A program made the position numbers and the translations under genes. Shown here piece after piece: positions 45,666 through 53,401 of a DNA stretch of 64,000 bases (positions are counted from its first letter, which is position 1; each line of letters opens with the position of its first letter). The DNA is from Candidatus Saccharimonadota bacterium (GTDB lineage Bacteria > Patescibacteriota > Saccharimonadia > Saccharimonadales > AWTP1-31): NCBI GenBank assembly GCA_026395435.1, contig JAPLYT010000003.1:68024-132023 (forward strand), written 5' to 3'. Under the pieces are notes generated by a model. That model was not told the origin of the DNA. It worked only from the letters and a program-made list of their open reading frames with translations, and did not search any database.

Positions 45666-46733
45666 CTAATGAAGTGAAATTACGACTTCGCTATCTTCTC
45701 CTGAACGGTGAATTTGATTCGATTCACGGGCCAGGCTCGATACGACGCGGTCGTTATTTCTTGCAAGTTCAATTGTAGCAGGATCAGGGGCCGCTGTCAC
45801 TGATTGTGGTCGGGGATTTGCGCCTTCTGGTTGAACGGATCGATGATTTCTGAACACTTGTTTGGACCGATCGTTCTTGCTGTGTAATTCGTTTAAGATC
45901 GCAGTATCATCGGGATCTACCGCCACTGGTTGACTGGAGAATCTCGATGAAAGAACCGGGTCTTGTGCAACTGGCTGGCTCATTTGAGTGCCAAATGTTG
46001 CCATACCATTTGTGGCGGGTGCTGGTTCATTCATGAACCAAAAATCTGCAGGTGCGTCTTCGGTGTTAAGGCCACTCGTAGCATTTTGATTCATGACGTC
46101 TTTCATGTGATCAACCGCGTTCGTTTTATGTCGATCGCTCGTCTGCTGTAATTGAGACTGTATTTGGTTGGCTCTGGCATCGCCAAAAATATCATCACTC
46201 GCCTGCTCCTCAAATGGAGAAACGGTTTGCGGTAGCTGGCTTGCTTCGACGAGTCGATCTGAAATATGCTGCGTATCCATCGATTGCAGGGCGGTAGCGT
46301 AATCAGAATTTTTAACAGCCCACCCACGACTATCAATAGTCTCGGCTAATGCCTTTAGTCGACTTTTGACCTCTGTTTGAGATAAGTTATCGCTCAGTTG
46401 TTGCTCAATCTTTACGGGAGCCGTAATCTTCACGAGCTCCTGCAATCCTGATTGATTCCAGATCCGTTTTCGAGGTTTGAAGTAGAATCGAATTTTGGCA
46501 AGTAGCCAGACCTCGGTTGTTTGATCTTTGCCCCACGGAAATGCCAGAAATCCAGAAACTATAATGACAGGGATAAACGGAAATACCATCACCCAGATAC
46601 CTTTAGTAAGCAGCAAGAAGCAGAAGTACATACTGAGTACCGCTATGCCGGCAAAGATAAACTGCTTGAGTGTGAGTGGCCCAAGGAATTTATCCTCTGC
46701 TTCGATATCCTGAATTACTTTATATTGCGCCAT
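45666..46733 (-). CDS. PrgI-family / VirB3-like membrane protein with long C-terminal extension
   Basis: 355 aa. N-terminal VIQDIEAEDKFLGPLTLKQFIFAGIAVL followed by two TM helices is the PrgI-family signature. The rest is polar and low-complexity. Confidence 0.6.
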   Translation of the reverse strand: MAQYKVIQDIEAEDKFLGPLTLKQFIFAGIAVLSMYFCFLLLTKGIWVMVFPFIPVIIVSGFLAFPWGKDQTTEVWLLAKIRFYFKPRKRIWNQSGLQELVKITAPVKIEQQLSDNLSQTEVKSRLKALAETIDSRGWAVKNSDYATALQSMDTQHISDRLVEASQLPQTVSPFEEQASDDIFGDARANQIQSQLQQTSDRHKTNAVDHMKDVMNQNATSGLNTEDAPADFWFMNEPAPATNGMATFGTQMSQPVAQDPVLSSRFSSQPVAVDPDDTAILNELHSKNDRSKQVFRNHRSVQPEGANPRPQSVTAAPDPATIELARNNDRVVSSLARESNQIHRSGEDSEVVISLH

Positions 46734-46763
46734 ATTCCTAAATATTCCTCATTAACTTCGAGT

Positions 46764-49700
46764 CTAGTACGTGGAACTTCCAGAGTCACCAGCTCCTTCA
46801 GGCAGATCGTTTACGAAACTAGCACTAGACCTTTCTCGGAGATCCTTGATTGCTTCATACGCTTGATTAGCTACACTCTCTGCCGTACCTGCGGCTCCGA
46901 CGGCAAATACTGGTGCATATTGCTGTTGCTGAGCTCCGGCCTGAGCATTAGGGTTAGGGCTCACACCCGCGCCCGGAGTAGGTAGAGACGAACCACCTCG
47001 TTCAAGCGCAGATATACCTGCGTTGTAGTACTGCAGTCGTTTCTTTTCTTCTCCGTTGAGCCCAGGCCCTCCACCCGGCTTCAATGAAGCTTCGTGCTTA
47101 GTTGATAATCCAATAATATCATCGCGAATCGCACCCCAGGTACGGTCACTTTGACCAGTTTGCTCGTAGCCCTTGGATTTGCCACCGAACTGCTTGGAGA
47201 GGGAATTCATGTCAGCAGCCTTATCAACCCGCTGTATTTTACCTGTTTTAGGATTAATAACATCTTGATAGCCAGAGTATTTCTCGACGAGATGGGTTCC
47301 TTGCTGTCGATATCCAACTACTTTCCAGATTCCTGATGCTTCGTCTGCCGACATTCCCATATCTGAGGTTAGTCTAGCATAGCGCGAACGTAGTTTTCCG
47401 AGGTCATTGTTTTCTGCAGCCTTCTCCATCTCATAATTAAGATTCTCTTGGAAGGCGCCTGGATTGCTCATAGCATTGGCACGGGCAACGTCTACGGCAG
47501 ATTTAGACACGACTGCAGATGAGTTTATGCCCATAGAGCTTCGAGCGACAGCATTACCCGCTGCATCGGTATATCCGTCGGTTGTGTTACCTGTGTATCG
47601 CCCGACAGCACCCTTATTTGCCTCAAACTTATTTTTAGCACTATTCCATGTTAGATCACTCTTATCATAATACAATCCATCTGCATCTTGTTCATATAGA
47701 CCACTTGCCCTAATTGGATTCCACCAAGTACCTGTCTCTTCATCAAATTCTGCCCAAGCGTCGCGCATAGAGTTGTCTGGACCGGTTGCTTTTTGTTTCT
47801 GGAGTCTTTCTGACTCAGCCGCTTGGTGTGCCGACACACGGGCTTCATTGCTTGCTCCAGAAACCATCTTAGAACTTGTATTGTATAAGCCAGCTGCGAG
47901 TCGACCACGTCTTCGACCTCCTACCCCAGCTGCTACACGAGTATCCGCAGCCGCGGCACGACCACGAAGTGCTCTACCGATCTTATACTTACCATATTCT
48001 CTGTCTGTATCGACATCCCGTTTGAGGCGGTTGCGTCGACTGTTCATATCGTTTGGATTACCTTTGTAGGCTTCAAGACCGCGTTTGCCAAGCCCTGTGA
48101 GTTGACCATGCAAGTTACCAATAGCTCCACCTGCAAGCTTAAAGGCGTATGGTATTAGAACGAGCGGCAGGAACTGCGCTACGAAGACAATAATTCCTGC
48201 CAAGGCAGACGGTACTGCTTGGTATAACGCCGGGGTTGTATCACTAAATCCATTGGCTTTTTGTAACGTGACAGTCATGATATCTGCGACAGCAAATATG
48301 ACGATAATAATCGGATACACCATTAAGGTGGTGAATAATAATTCCCACCATTTTTTGAAGTATTTATCGGTATTTGGCAAACAGTACAGGGCAAACGCTA
48401 CAGGACTGACAAGTATGAGGAATAGTATGAGGCCTTGTCGTACAACAAGCGTAATGAAAGCCGCTAGTAGCCCGAGTACAGCTGGTAATAGCACGAAAAG
48501 TGCAATTGCTGGCGCAGCAGTTCCGATTGCTGCTGCAGCACTACCTGCACCGGCAACAAACGACACACCCGATACAAATGCACCAATAGCCCCAATCGCT
48601 CCACCACCAGCGATGATCGCAGATGATCCACCATCTAGTGAGAATTGGAATAACGACGCCTCTTTGAATGGGGCAATCATGAGCGTACCGAGTCCGCCCC
48701 CAAGGATGTTTGTGACATCTACCATGAGTGCAACTATATAGATCGAGAGGTTGACCAGTATCGCCGCCACGAGTATTCGAGGCATCATCTTTTTCGCAGT
48801 ATATGCATCAATGAGTCCACCTCCAATCGCTTGGCCAAATACAATAAGTAGCATCGATATAACTAAAATAATATTTCCGTATAATCGGAAGCTATCCCAT
48901 ACTCTAAAAATTCCTGCGTTAGGACTTGTCTCTACGGGCTGTACACGGAGTAACGGTTCTACAAGGTTGCGGAACATGAAGTCACAAAAATCAGCAACAC
49001 CATTAAATATCGGACACATAACCCACGAAAGCGGGTTGCTAAACGTCGTTTCACAGGTTGCATTCTGGTCTCCACCGCCACCGGTCCCATCTACGCCAGC
49101 TGACGGAACCGCATTCGTGCCTGCAGCAGCTCCGAGAACTTTATTATAATTATCCTGCCCTTTGCCAATTTTTTCACCAATTTGCTTACAGTTTGCGACT
49201 CCTGAGCCACCAGCAGCATATTTCCCATGTCCAATTGCTACTTCACCCGCATCATCTTTAACATAGTAGGTTTTACCGTTAAGTTCGACTTTATCTCCAG
49301 GGTCATTCTTATCGACTACTTTCGCGCCACAGCCTAATGTAAAGGCTCGGTAGTAGATATATGTCTGGAGGGCATTCTTTTCTTCATCGGTATAGTCTTT
49401 TAAGAGCTCGGTTATTTTCTTGTCGATTTGATCAAAAACTTTGTTCTTCGCGGCACCACCTTCAAGTGCCTTCGTGGCGTCGGCATTTGTAACGAAGTAC
49501 AGCTGGTCATTGTCATCGTTCGGTATGTCTTTGAGGTTGCCATTTTTACTTGCCTTATAGTCGCTATACCCCGAATAGCCAAGAAGTTTAAACCATGTAT
49601 TTTCCCTGTTTCCACTATCTGAGGCACAGTCGTAACGGCCGTCAGCACCATCCACATGGTGTCCAACTGCTACGTCAGCAGCTCCTATCGAATTACCTCC

Positions 49701-49943
49701 TGGGAAAAAGTCTAGATTGAATGGCCCATCTTCTTTGTCGATTCCATCGGTCGTAAGATATTTATCAACACATAATCGAAATGCATTAAGCATTGTGTAC
49801 GTCTTAGCGTCCTTGGCGAAGTCAGACTCTTTTTTTGCTGCAAAGGCTGTCGTAGGGGTGACGAGTATTTGGGCCACTAAGAAAAAAGCAGCACTAAATG
49901 CAATGACTTTATGTTTTATATTCACAGCCAAATTATAGCCCAT
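46764..49943 (-). CDS. VirB6/TrbL/ConG-like polytopic membrane protein (giant form)
   Basis: 1059 aa. Signal/TM, then a ~300-aa Cys-containing external domain, then ~6-8 TM helices (aa ~360-620), then a ~430-aa polar C-terminal region. First gene of the operon. Confidence 0.62.
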   Translation of the reverse strand: MGYNLAVNIKHKVIAFSAAFFLVAQILVTPTTAFAAKKESDFAKDAKTYTMLNAFRLCVDKYLTTDGIDKEDGPFNLDFFPGGNSIGAADVAVGHHVDGADGRYDCASDSGNRENTWFKLLGYSGYSDYKASKNGNLKDIPNDDNDQLYFVTNADATKALEGGAAKNKVFDQIDKKITELLKDYTDEEKNALQTYIYYRAFTLGCGAKVVDKNDPGDKVELNGKTYYVKDDAGEVAIGHGKYAAGGSGVANCKQIGEKIGKGQDNYNKVLGAAAGTNAVPSAGVDGTGGGGDQNATCETTFSNPLSWVMCPIFNGVADFCDFMFRNLVEPLLRVQPVETSPNAGIFRVWDSFRLYGNIILVISMLLIVFGQAIGGGLIDAYTAKKMMPRILVAAILVNLSIYIVALMVDVTNILGGGLGTLMIAPFKEASLFQFSLDGGSSAIIAGGGAIGAIGAFVSGVSFVAGAGSAAAAIGTAAPAIALFVLLPAVLGLLAAFITLVVRQGLILFLILVSPVAFALYCLPNTDKYFKKWWELLFTTLMVYPIIIVIFAVADIMTVTLQKANGFSDTTPALYQAVPSALAGIIVFVAQFLPLVLIPYAFKLAGGAIGNLHGQLTGLGKRGLEAYKGNPNDMNSRRNRLKRDVDTDREYGKYKIGRALRGRAAAADTRVAAGVGGRRRGRLAAGLYNTSSKMVSGASNEARVSAHQAAESERLQKQKATGPDNSMRDAWAEFDEETGTWWNPIRASGLYEQDADGLYYDKSDLTWNSAKNKFEANKGAVGRYTGNTTDGYTDAAGNAVARSSMGINSSAVVSKSAVDVARANAMSNPGAFQENLNYEMEKAAENNDLGKLRSRYARLTSDMGMSADEASGIWKVVGYRQQGTHLVEKYSGYQDVINPKTGKIQRVDKAADMNSLSKQFGGKSKGYEQTGQSDRTWGAIRDDIIGLSTKHEASLKPGGGPGLNGEEKKRLQYYNAGISALERGGSSLPTPGAGVSPNPNAQAGAQQQQYAPVFAVGAAGTAESVANQAYEAIKDLRERSSASFVNDLPEGAGDSGSSTY

Positions 49944-50031
49944 AGGGTACTAAACAACAACGCTCTAAGCTGTTTTTCAAGGAGTTTTGTCGTTTATGTA
50001 TAAAATATTATGATCAGTATCCTCATATGAG

Positions 50032-50061
50032 TTGCCCGTATGCTTTAAACCATAGTATAAT
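50032..50061 (+). promoter_or_regulatory. Candidate sigma70-type promoter for the pilin gene array
   Basis: TTGCCC (50032-50037), 18 nt spacer, TATAAT (50056-50061). Only ~13 nt upstream of ATG 50075, so the transcript would be nearly leaderless. Confidence 0.3.
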
Positions 50062-50074
50062 ATGCTTATTCTGT

Positions 50075-50593
50075 ATGAAAAATTATAAAAACAAAGATTC
50101 ACGGTTGCGACTACATACTTCAAAGATAGTAATTATGGGGATTTTTGTCGCCGTATCTTTGGTCTTTGCAAAAAGCTCAGTTGCCTCGGCCATGCCGGTT
50201 GTTCCCCGGGCGGCCATTGTTGCCAAGACTGATGTCCCTTTAGGTGGAATCACTGATCCGGATATAGAAACAGGCGGGTATTGTGGAGGTATGTCGTCGG
50301 ATGGTGAAACCAATAACCGCATTAGAACTGCTATAAATATAGGTTGTAAGGGCAAAGGAAACCCGATACTTGACGCATTGTTTGCTGTTGTGAGGTTTTT
50401 AACTCTCGGGGTTGGCCTTGTACTGATTGCATCCACTATTGTTGCAGGTATACAATATACAACTTCCCGAGGCGATCCTCAGGCAACAGCAAAAGCACTG
50501 GGTAGAATTACGAGCACCGTCGGGGCTTTGCTATTCTTCATCTTTATTTATGCAATCTTGAACTGGGTTGTACCGAACGGAATATTAAAATGA
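50075..50593 (+). CDS. VirB2/TrbC-like T4SS pilin paralog 1
   Basis: Start set at MKNYKNKD (ATG 50075). Signal-like IVIMGIFVAVSLVFAKSSVASA. C-terminal TM-loop-TM hairpin with IQYTTSRGDPQATAKA. Confidence 0.65.
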   Translation: MKNYKNKDSRLRLHTSKIVIMGIFVAVSLVFAKSSVASAMPVVPRAAIVAKTDVPLGGITDPDIETGGYCGGMSSDGETNNRIRTAINIGCKGKGNPILDALFAVVRFLTLGVGLVLIASTIVAGIQYTTSRGDPQATAKALGRITSTVGALLFFIFIYAILNWVVPNGILK

Positions 50594-50970
50594 TTTCAAT
50601 AATCACATCCCATTTCGCAGCTGCATCATCTGCATGTCAGCCAAAGGGCAGCCTCTTTGGTCTTCCAACTTGGTATAAATACTTAGAAGGCTTTAAACCC
50701 GAAGATGAACCCACGCAGTGTATTATTCGCCTTCGGGCACTCAGCGATGTATGGCTGATCCTATCGGCAGTGATAGAAATTCTACTTCGTGTCGCTGCAT
50801 TAGGTGCAATCGTCATGATTGTATACGCGGGCATATCGTTTATTACAAGTGAGGGTCAACCTGACAAAGTTAAGAAAGCAATAAGCATGGCTATAAGTGC
50901 TTCTATTGGACTAGCGATTTCAATTGGTGCTGCAGCTACGGTATCATTCATTGCAGGGAGATTTAATTAA
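50590..50970 (+). CDS. VirB2/TrbC-like T4SS pilin paralog 2
   Basis: 126 aa, ATGA overlap with paralog 1. Hairpin AALGAIVMIVYAGISFITSEGQPDKVKKAISMAISASIGLAI. Confidence 0.65.
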   Translation: MISIITSHFAAASSACQPKGSLFGLPTWYKYLEGFKPEDEPTQCIIRLRALSDVWLILSAVIEILLRVAALGAIVMIVYAGISFITSEGQPDKVKKAISMAISASIGLAISIGAAATVSFIAGRFN

Positions 50971-51294
50971 ATGTTTGCAATCACATATATATCCAACTTT
51001 CTATTTTTAGCTAAAGCCCAAGTTCAAGGTTGCGTTGAGGATCTTTGCGAAACCGGCTTGCCCGCTGTCAATGCTGGTAATGACCAGCTTACAAAAATTC
51101 TACAAATTGTCTTTGGTATCGTCGGTGCTGTCGCCGTAATATATATCATTATTGCTGGCTTCGGTTTAATAACGTCACTCGGTAACCCGGAGGCATTAGC
51201 AAAAGCACGCCAGGCATTAATTTTTGCTGGTGTTGGTCTGGCGATCGCCCTAAGCGCAGAATTAATCGTGACGTTTGTGATTAATCGAATATGA
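50971..51294 (+). CDS. VirB2/TrbC-like T4SS pilin paralog 3
   Basis: 107 aa, ATG directly abuts the upstream stop. GAVAVIYIIIAGFGLITSLGNPEALAKARQALIFAGVGLAIALSAELIVTFVINRI. Confidence 0.68.
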   Translation: MFAITYISNFLFLAKAQVQGCVEDLCETGLPAVNAGNDQLTKILQIVFGIVGAVAVIYIIIAGFGLITSLGNPEALAKARQALIFAGVGLAIALSAELIVTFVINRI

Positions 51295-51713
51295 AACAAA
51301 AACTCACTCTATTTATAGCCTCGCTCTGCATGATTCTTGGTACTTTTATGGTGACTGCTCCTGCTGTTCATGCTGTAGAAATACTGCCCAACAAACAAGG
51401 TGTTTGCAGTGACAAGACAGCCACCGGTGATAAGCCTGACATATGTAAAGACAACTTATCTACTGCAGACGACAGTTCTAATCCAATTCTTGGAAAGGAT
51501 GGGATACTTACTACCGGAATTAAGATATTTATCCTAATTCTCGGCGTTGTAACTATCTTTGTCTTAATGATTAATGGTGTTCGAATGATGACTGCCGCTG
51601 GTGACCCAAATAGTATTAACAGCGCACGAAACGGTATAATTTATGCACTGATCGGCCTCGTGATTGCTGTTTCTGCTCAAATGCTGGTAACGTTTGTATT
51701 GAATAAGTTATAG
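51291..51713 (+). CDS. VirB2/TrbC-like T4SS pilin paralog 4
   Basis: 140 aa, ATGA overlap. Signal peptide ending VHA, a Cys pair, and INGVRMMTAAGDPNSINSARNGIIYALIGLVIAVSAQMLVTFVLNKL. Confidence 0.7.
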   Translation: MKQKLTLFIASLCMILGTFMVTAPAVHAVEILPNKQGVCSDKTATGDKPDICKDNLSTADDSSNPILGKDGILTTGIKIFILILGVVTIFVLMINGVRMMTAAGDPNSINSARNGIIYALIGLVIAVSAQMLVTFVLNKL

Positions 51714-51720
51714 GAGAAAT

Positions 51721-52110
51721 ATGAAAAGAATTTTACTTGCAATCATCACACTTTCAGTAATAGTCCCCGTTTATTTCGGTGGCGTTGCGCATGCTGAGCT
51801 ATTCGAAGGTGCGAAAGGATCGGCCTGTGGTGGCGTAGCATTGAGCGCTGATTCCACTAAGTGTGACCCTAACGCAGAAAAGAAGGCTAATTCCCTGCTC
51901 GCTACTGCGTTGAATATATTCAGTATAGTTGTAGGGATTATCGCCGTAGTCATGATCATGGTCGGTGGATTAAAATACATTACATCTGGTGGTGATGCCG
52001 CACAGACCAATACTGCAAAAGACACGGTAATGTACGCGGCTATTGGACTTGTGATTGTCGCCATGTCCCAGGTGATCGTCAAGTTTGTATTAAATAGATT
52101 TACGAAGTAA
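51721..52110 (+). CDS. VirB2/TrbC-like T4SS pilin paralog 5
   Basis: 129 aa. Signal peptide ending AHA, a Cys pair, and VGGLKYITSGGDAAQTNTAKDTVMYAAIGLVIVAMSQVIVKFVLNRF. Confidence 0.7.
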   Translation: MKRILLAIITLSVIVPVYFGGVAHAELFEGAKGSACGGVALSADSTKCDPNAEKKANSLLATALNIFSIVVGIIAVVMIMVGGLKYITSGGDAAQTNTAKDTVMYAAIGLVIVAMSQVIVKFVLNRFTK

Positions 52111-52134
52111 CAGAGATGGGTCTATAATTTAGAC

Positions 52135-52164
52135 TTGAATATAGATAGATGTTTATGGTATAAA
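52135..52164 (+). promoter_or_regulatory. Candidate internal promoter for pilin paralog 6
   Basis: TTGAAT (52135-52140), 18 nt spacer, TATAAA (52159-52164), in the only sizeable gap (87 nt) of the array. GAAAGG lies upstream of ATG 52198. Confidence 0.3.
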
Positions 52165-52197
52165 TCAGGGTAAGAATAACGAAAGGTTCGAAAAAAA

Positions 52198-52620
52198 ATG
52201 ATTAAGAAAATTAAACAACTGTTCGTAACTGCTCTCGCAACATCAATGCTACTTGCACCACTTGCTATGGTCCCTCTTGCTCACGCGGAGACATCTGACC
52301 TCCAAGGTTCACTCTGTAGTGGTACTAATATCAATCTCACTAAGACCGACTCATCATGTCTTACTGACACTACGGCTGATACTCAAGTGAATGATACTGT
52401 TAAGCTAGCTCTCAACCTCTTCTCCGCTATCGTCGGTATCATCGCAGTCGTTATGATCATCGTCGGTGGTATCAAGTACATTACTTCAGGTGGTGACTCT
52501 GGTAACGTGACTGCAGCAAAGAACACGATTCTCTACGCAGTTATCGGTCTTGTTGTTGTGGCTCTTGCTCAAATCATCGTCAAGTTCGTACTCGGACGAT
52601 TTGTCGGCAACGGCGCTTAG
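52198..52620 (+). CDS. VirB2/TrbC-like T4SS pilin paralog 6
   Basis: 140 aa. Signal peptide ending AHA, a Cys pair, and VGGIKYITSGGDSGNVTAAKNTILYAVIGLVVVALAQIIVKFVLGRF. Confidence 0.7.
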   Translation: MIKKIKQLFVTALATSMLLAPLAMVPLAHAETSDLQGSLCSGTNINLTKTDSSCLTDTTADTQVNDTVKLALNLFSAIVGIIAVVMIIVGGIKYITSGGDSGNVTAAKNTILYAVIGLVVVALAQIIVKFVLGRFVGNGA

Positions 52621-52639
52621 TATATACTTTGCTTAATCA

Positions 52640-52676
52640 AAGAGCTTCCTCGGGAAACCAGGGAGCTCTTTTTTAT
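52640..52676 (+). terminator. Rho-independent terminator after the pilin array
   Basis: AGAGCTTCC...GGGAGCTCT stem (one mismatch) followed by TTTTTT. Confidence 0.6.
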
Positions 52677-52734
52677 TGCTACCCTGCCAACAGTTCGAAA
52701 CAGTATATATTTTCTATACCGTATAAGCTGAGTA

Positions 52735-52766
52735 TAAAAAACGACACCGTTGCAGGTGCCGTTTTT
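52735..52766 (-). terminator. Rho-independent terminator after hsp20
   Basis: On the minus strand, an ACGGCACC-TGCA-ACGGTGTCGT hairpin is followed by TTTTTT, about 20 nt after the hsp20 stop. Confidence 0.5.
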
Positions 52767-52786
52767 AGTAGATGAAATACGGATTT

Positions 52787-53260
52787 CTAGAGGACTTGGA
52801 TCTTCTTGACCGTATCTTGTTTGAGCTTGGTGAAGCTGATTGTTAGAACGCCATCTTTGAGGACTGCTTCAATCTCTTCTTCTTTGACAGGTACAGGGAG
52901 TGTGATGCTTCGAGAGAATTCACCCCAGTAACATTCTTGGACGAAGTAGTTTTCGACATCTTCTTCGTTGCCGGCAGAAAGTGTACCACGGATGCTGAGC
53001 GTGTTGTCGGCAATGCTGACATCGAGCTCGCTCTTATTGACGCCTGCTGTACGTGCTTTGACGACTAATTTTTCTTTGGTTTCATATACGTCAACAGCGA
53101 GTTGACCAGGAACGGTTTCTTCTTCGTCCCATTCTTCTGCTACTGCTACTGTTGCTTGTTGTGCTTGCGCACTTTGAGTTGGAACGTCATCTTCGCCCAA
53201 AAATGCTGCGGTGAGTTCGTCTTCCATCAATAAATCTTCGTCTCGATTGCGTCTGGCCAT
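52787..53260 (-). CDS. Small heat-shock protein (Hsp20/alpha-crystallin family)
   Basis: 157 aa. Alpha-crystallin domain pattern: GQLAVDVYETKEKLVVKARTAGV...FSRSITLPVPVKEEEIEAVLKDGVLTISF. Confidence 0.88.
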   Translation of the reverse strand: MARRNRDEDLLMEDELTAAFLGEDDVPTQSAQAQQATVAVAEEWDEEETVPGQLAVDVYETKEKLVVKARTAGVNKSELDVSIADNTLSIRGTLSAGNEEDVENYFVQECYWGEFSRSITLPVPVKEEEIEAVLKDGVLTISFTKLKQDTVKKIQVL

Positions 53261-53325
53261 AGTTTCGTGTTACCCTCCACATCAGTAAATTATTTAAGAG
53301 TCGTATACATTTTTGTGTTAAATAT

Positions 53326-53354
53326 AGTATAGCTGAGCAAAATACACCTATCAA
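53326..53354 (-). promoter_or_regulatory. Candidate sigma70-type promoter of hsp20
   Basis: Minus strand: TTGATA, 17 nt spacer, TATACT. GGAGGG lies upstream of the ATG. Confidence 0.4.
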
Positions 53355-53401
53355 CCATTATGGGTATATTTACAACACAAAATGAACAACGGGATGGGTC
53401 C

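Noticed and set aside
47464-49149. Long plus-strand ORFs (for example 48253-48741 and 48751-49149) antisense to the VirB6-like gene. Similar antisense ORFs lie inside virB4, the 858-aa gene, valS and the GT genes.
   Set aside because: These are shadow ORFs within long, motif-supported genes on the other strand. They have Ala/Pro/Ser-rich nonsense composition, and there is no independent evidence for them.
37612-52620. The T4SS region as an integrative conjugative element or plasmid insertion.
   Set aside because: No integrase, relaxase, coupling protein, replication gene or flanking direct repeats lie in the window. The region is flanked directly by recF and hsp20/comF. This cannot be fully excluded without the rest of the genome.
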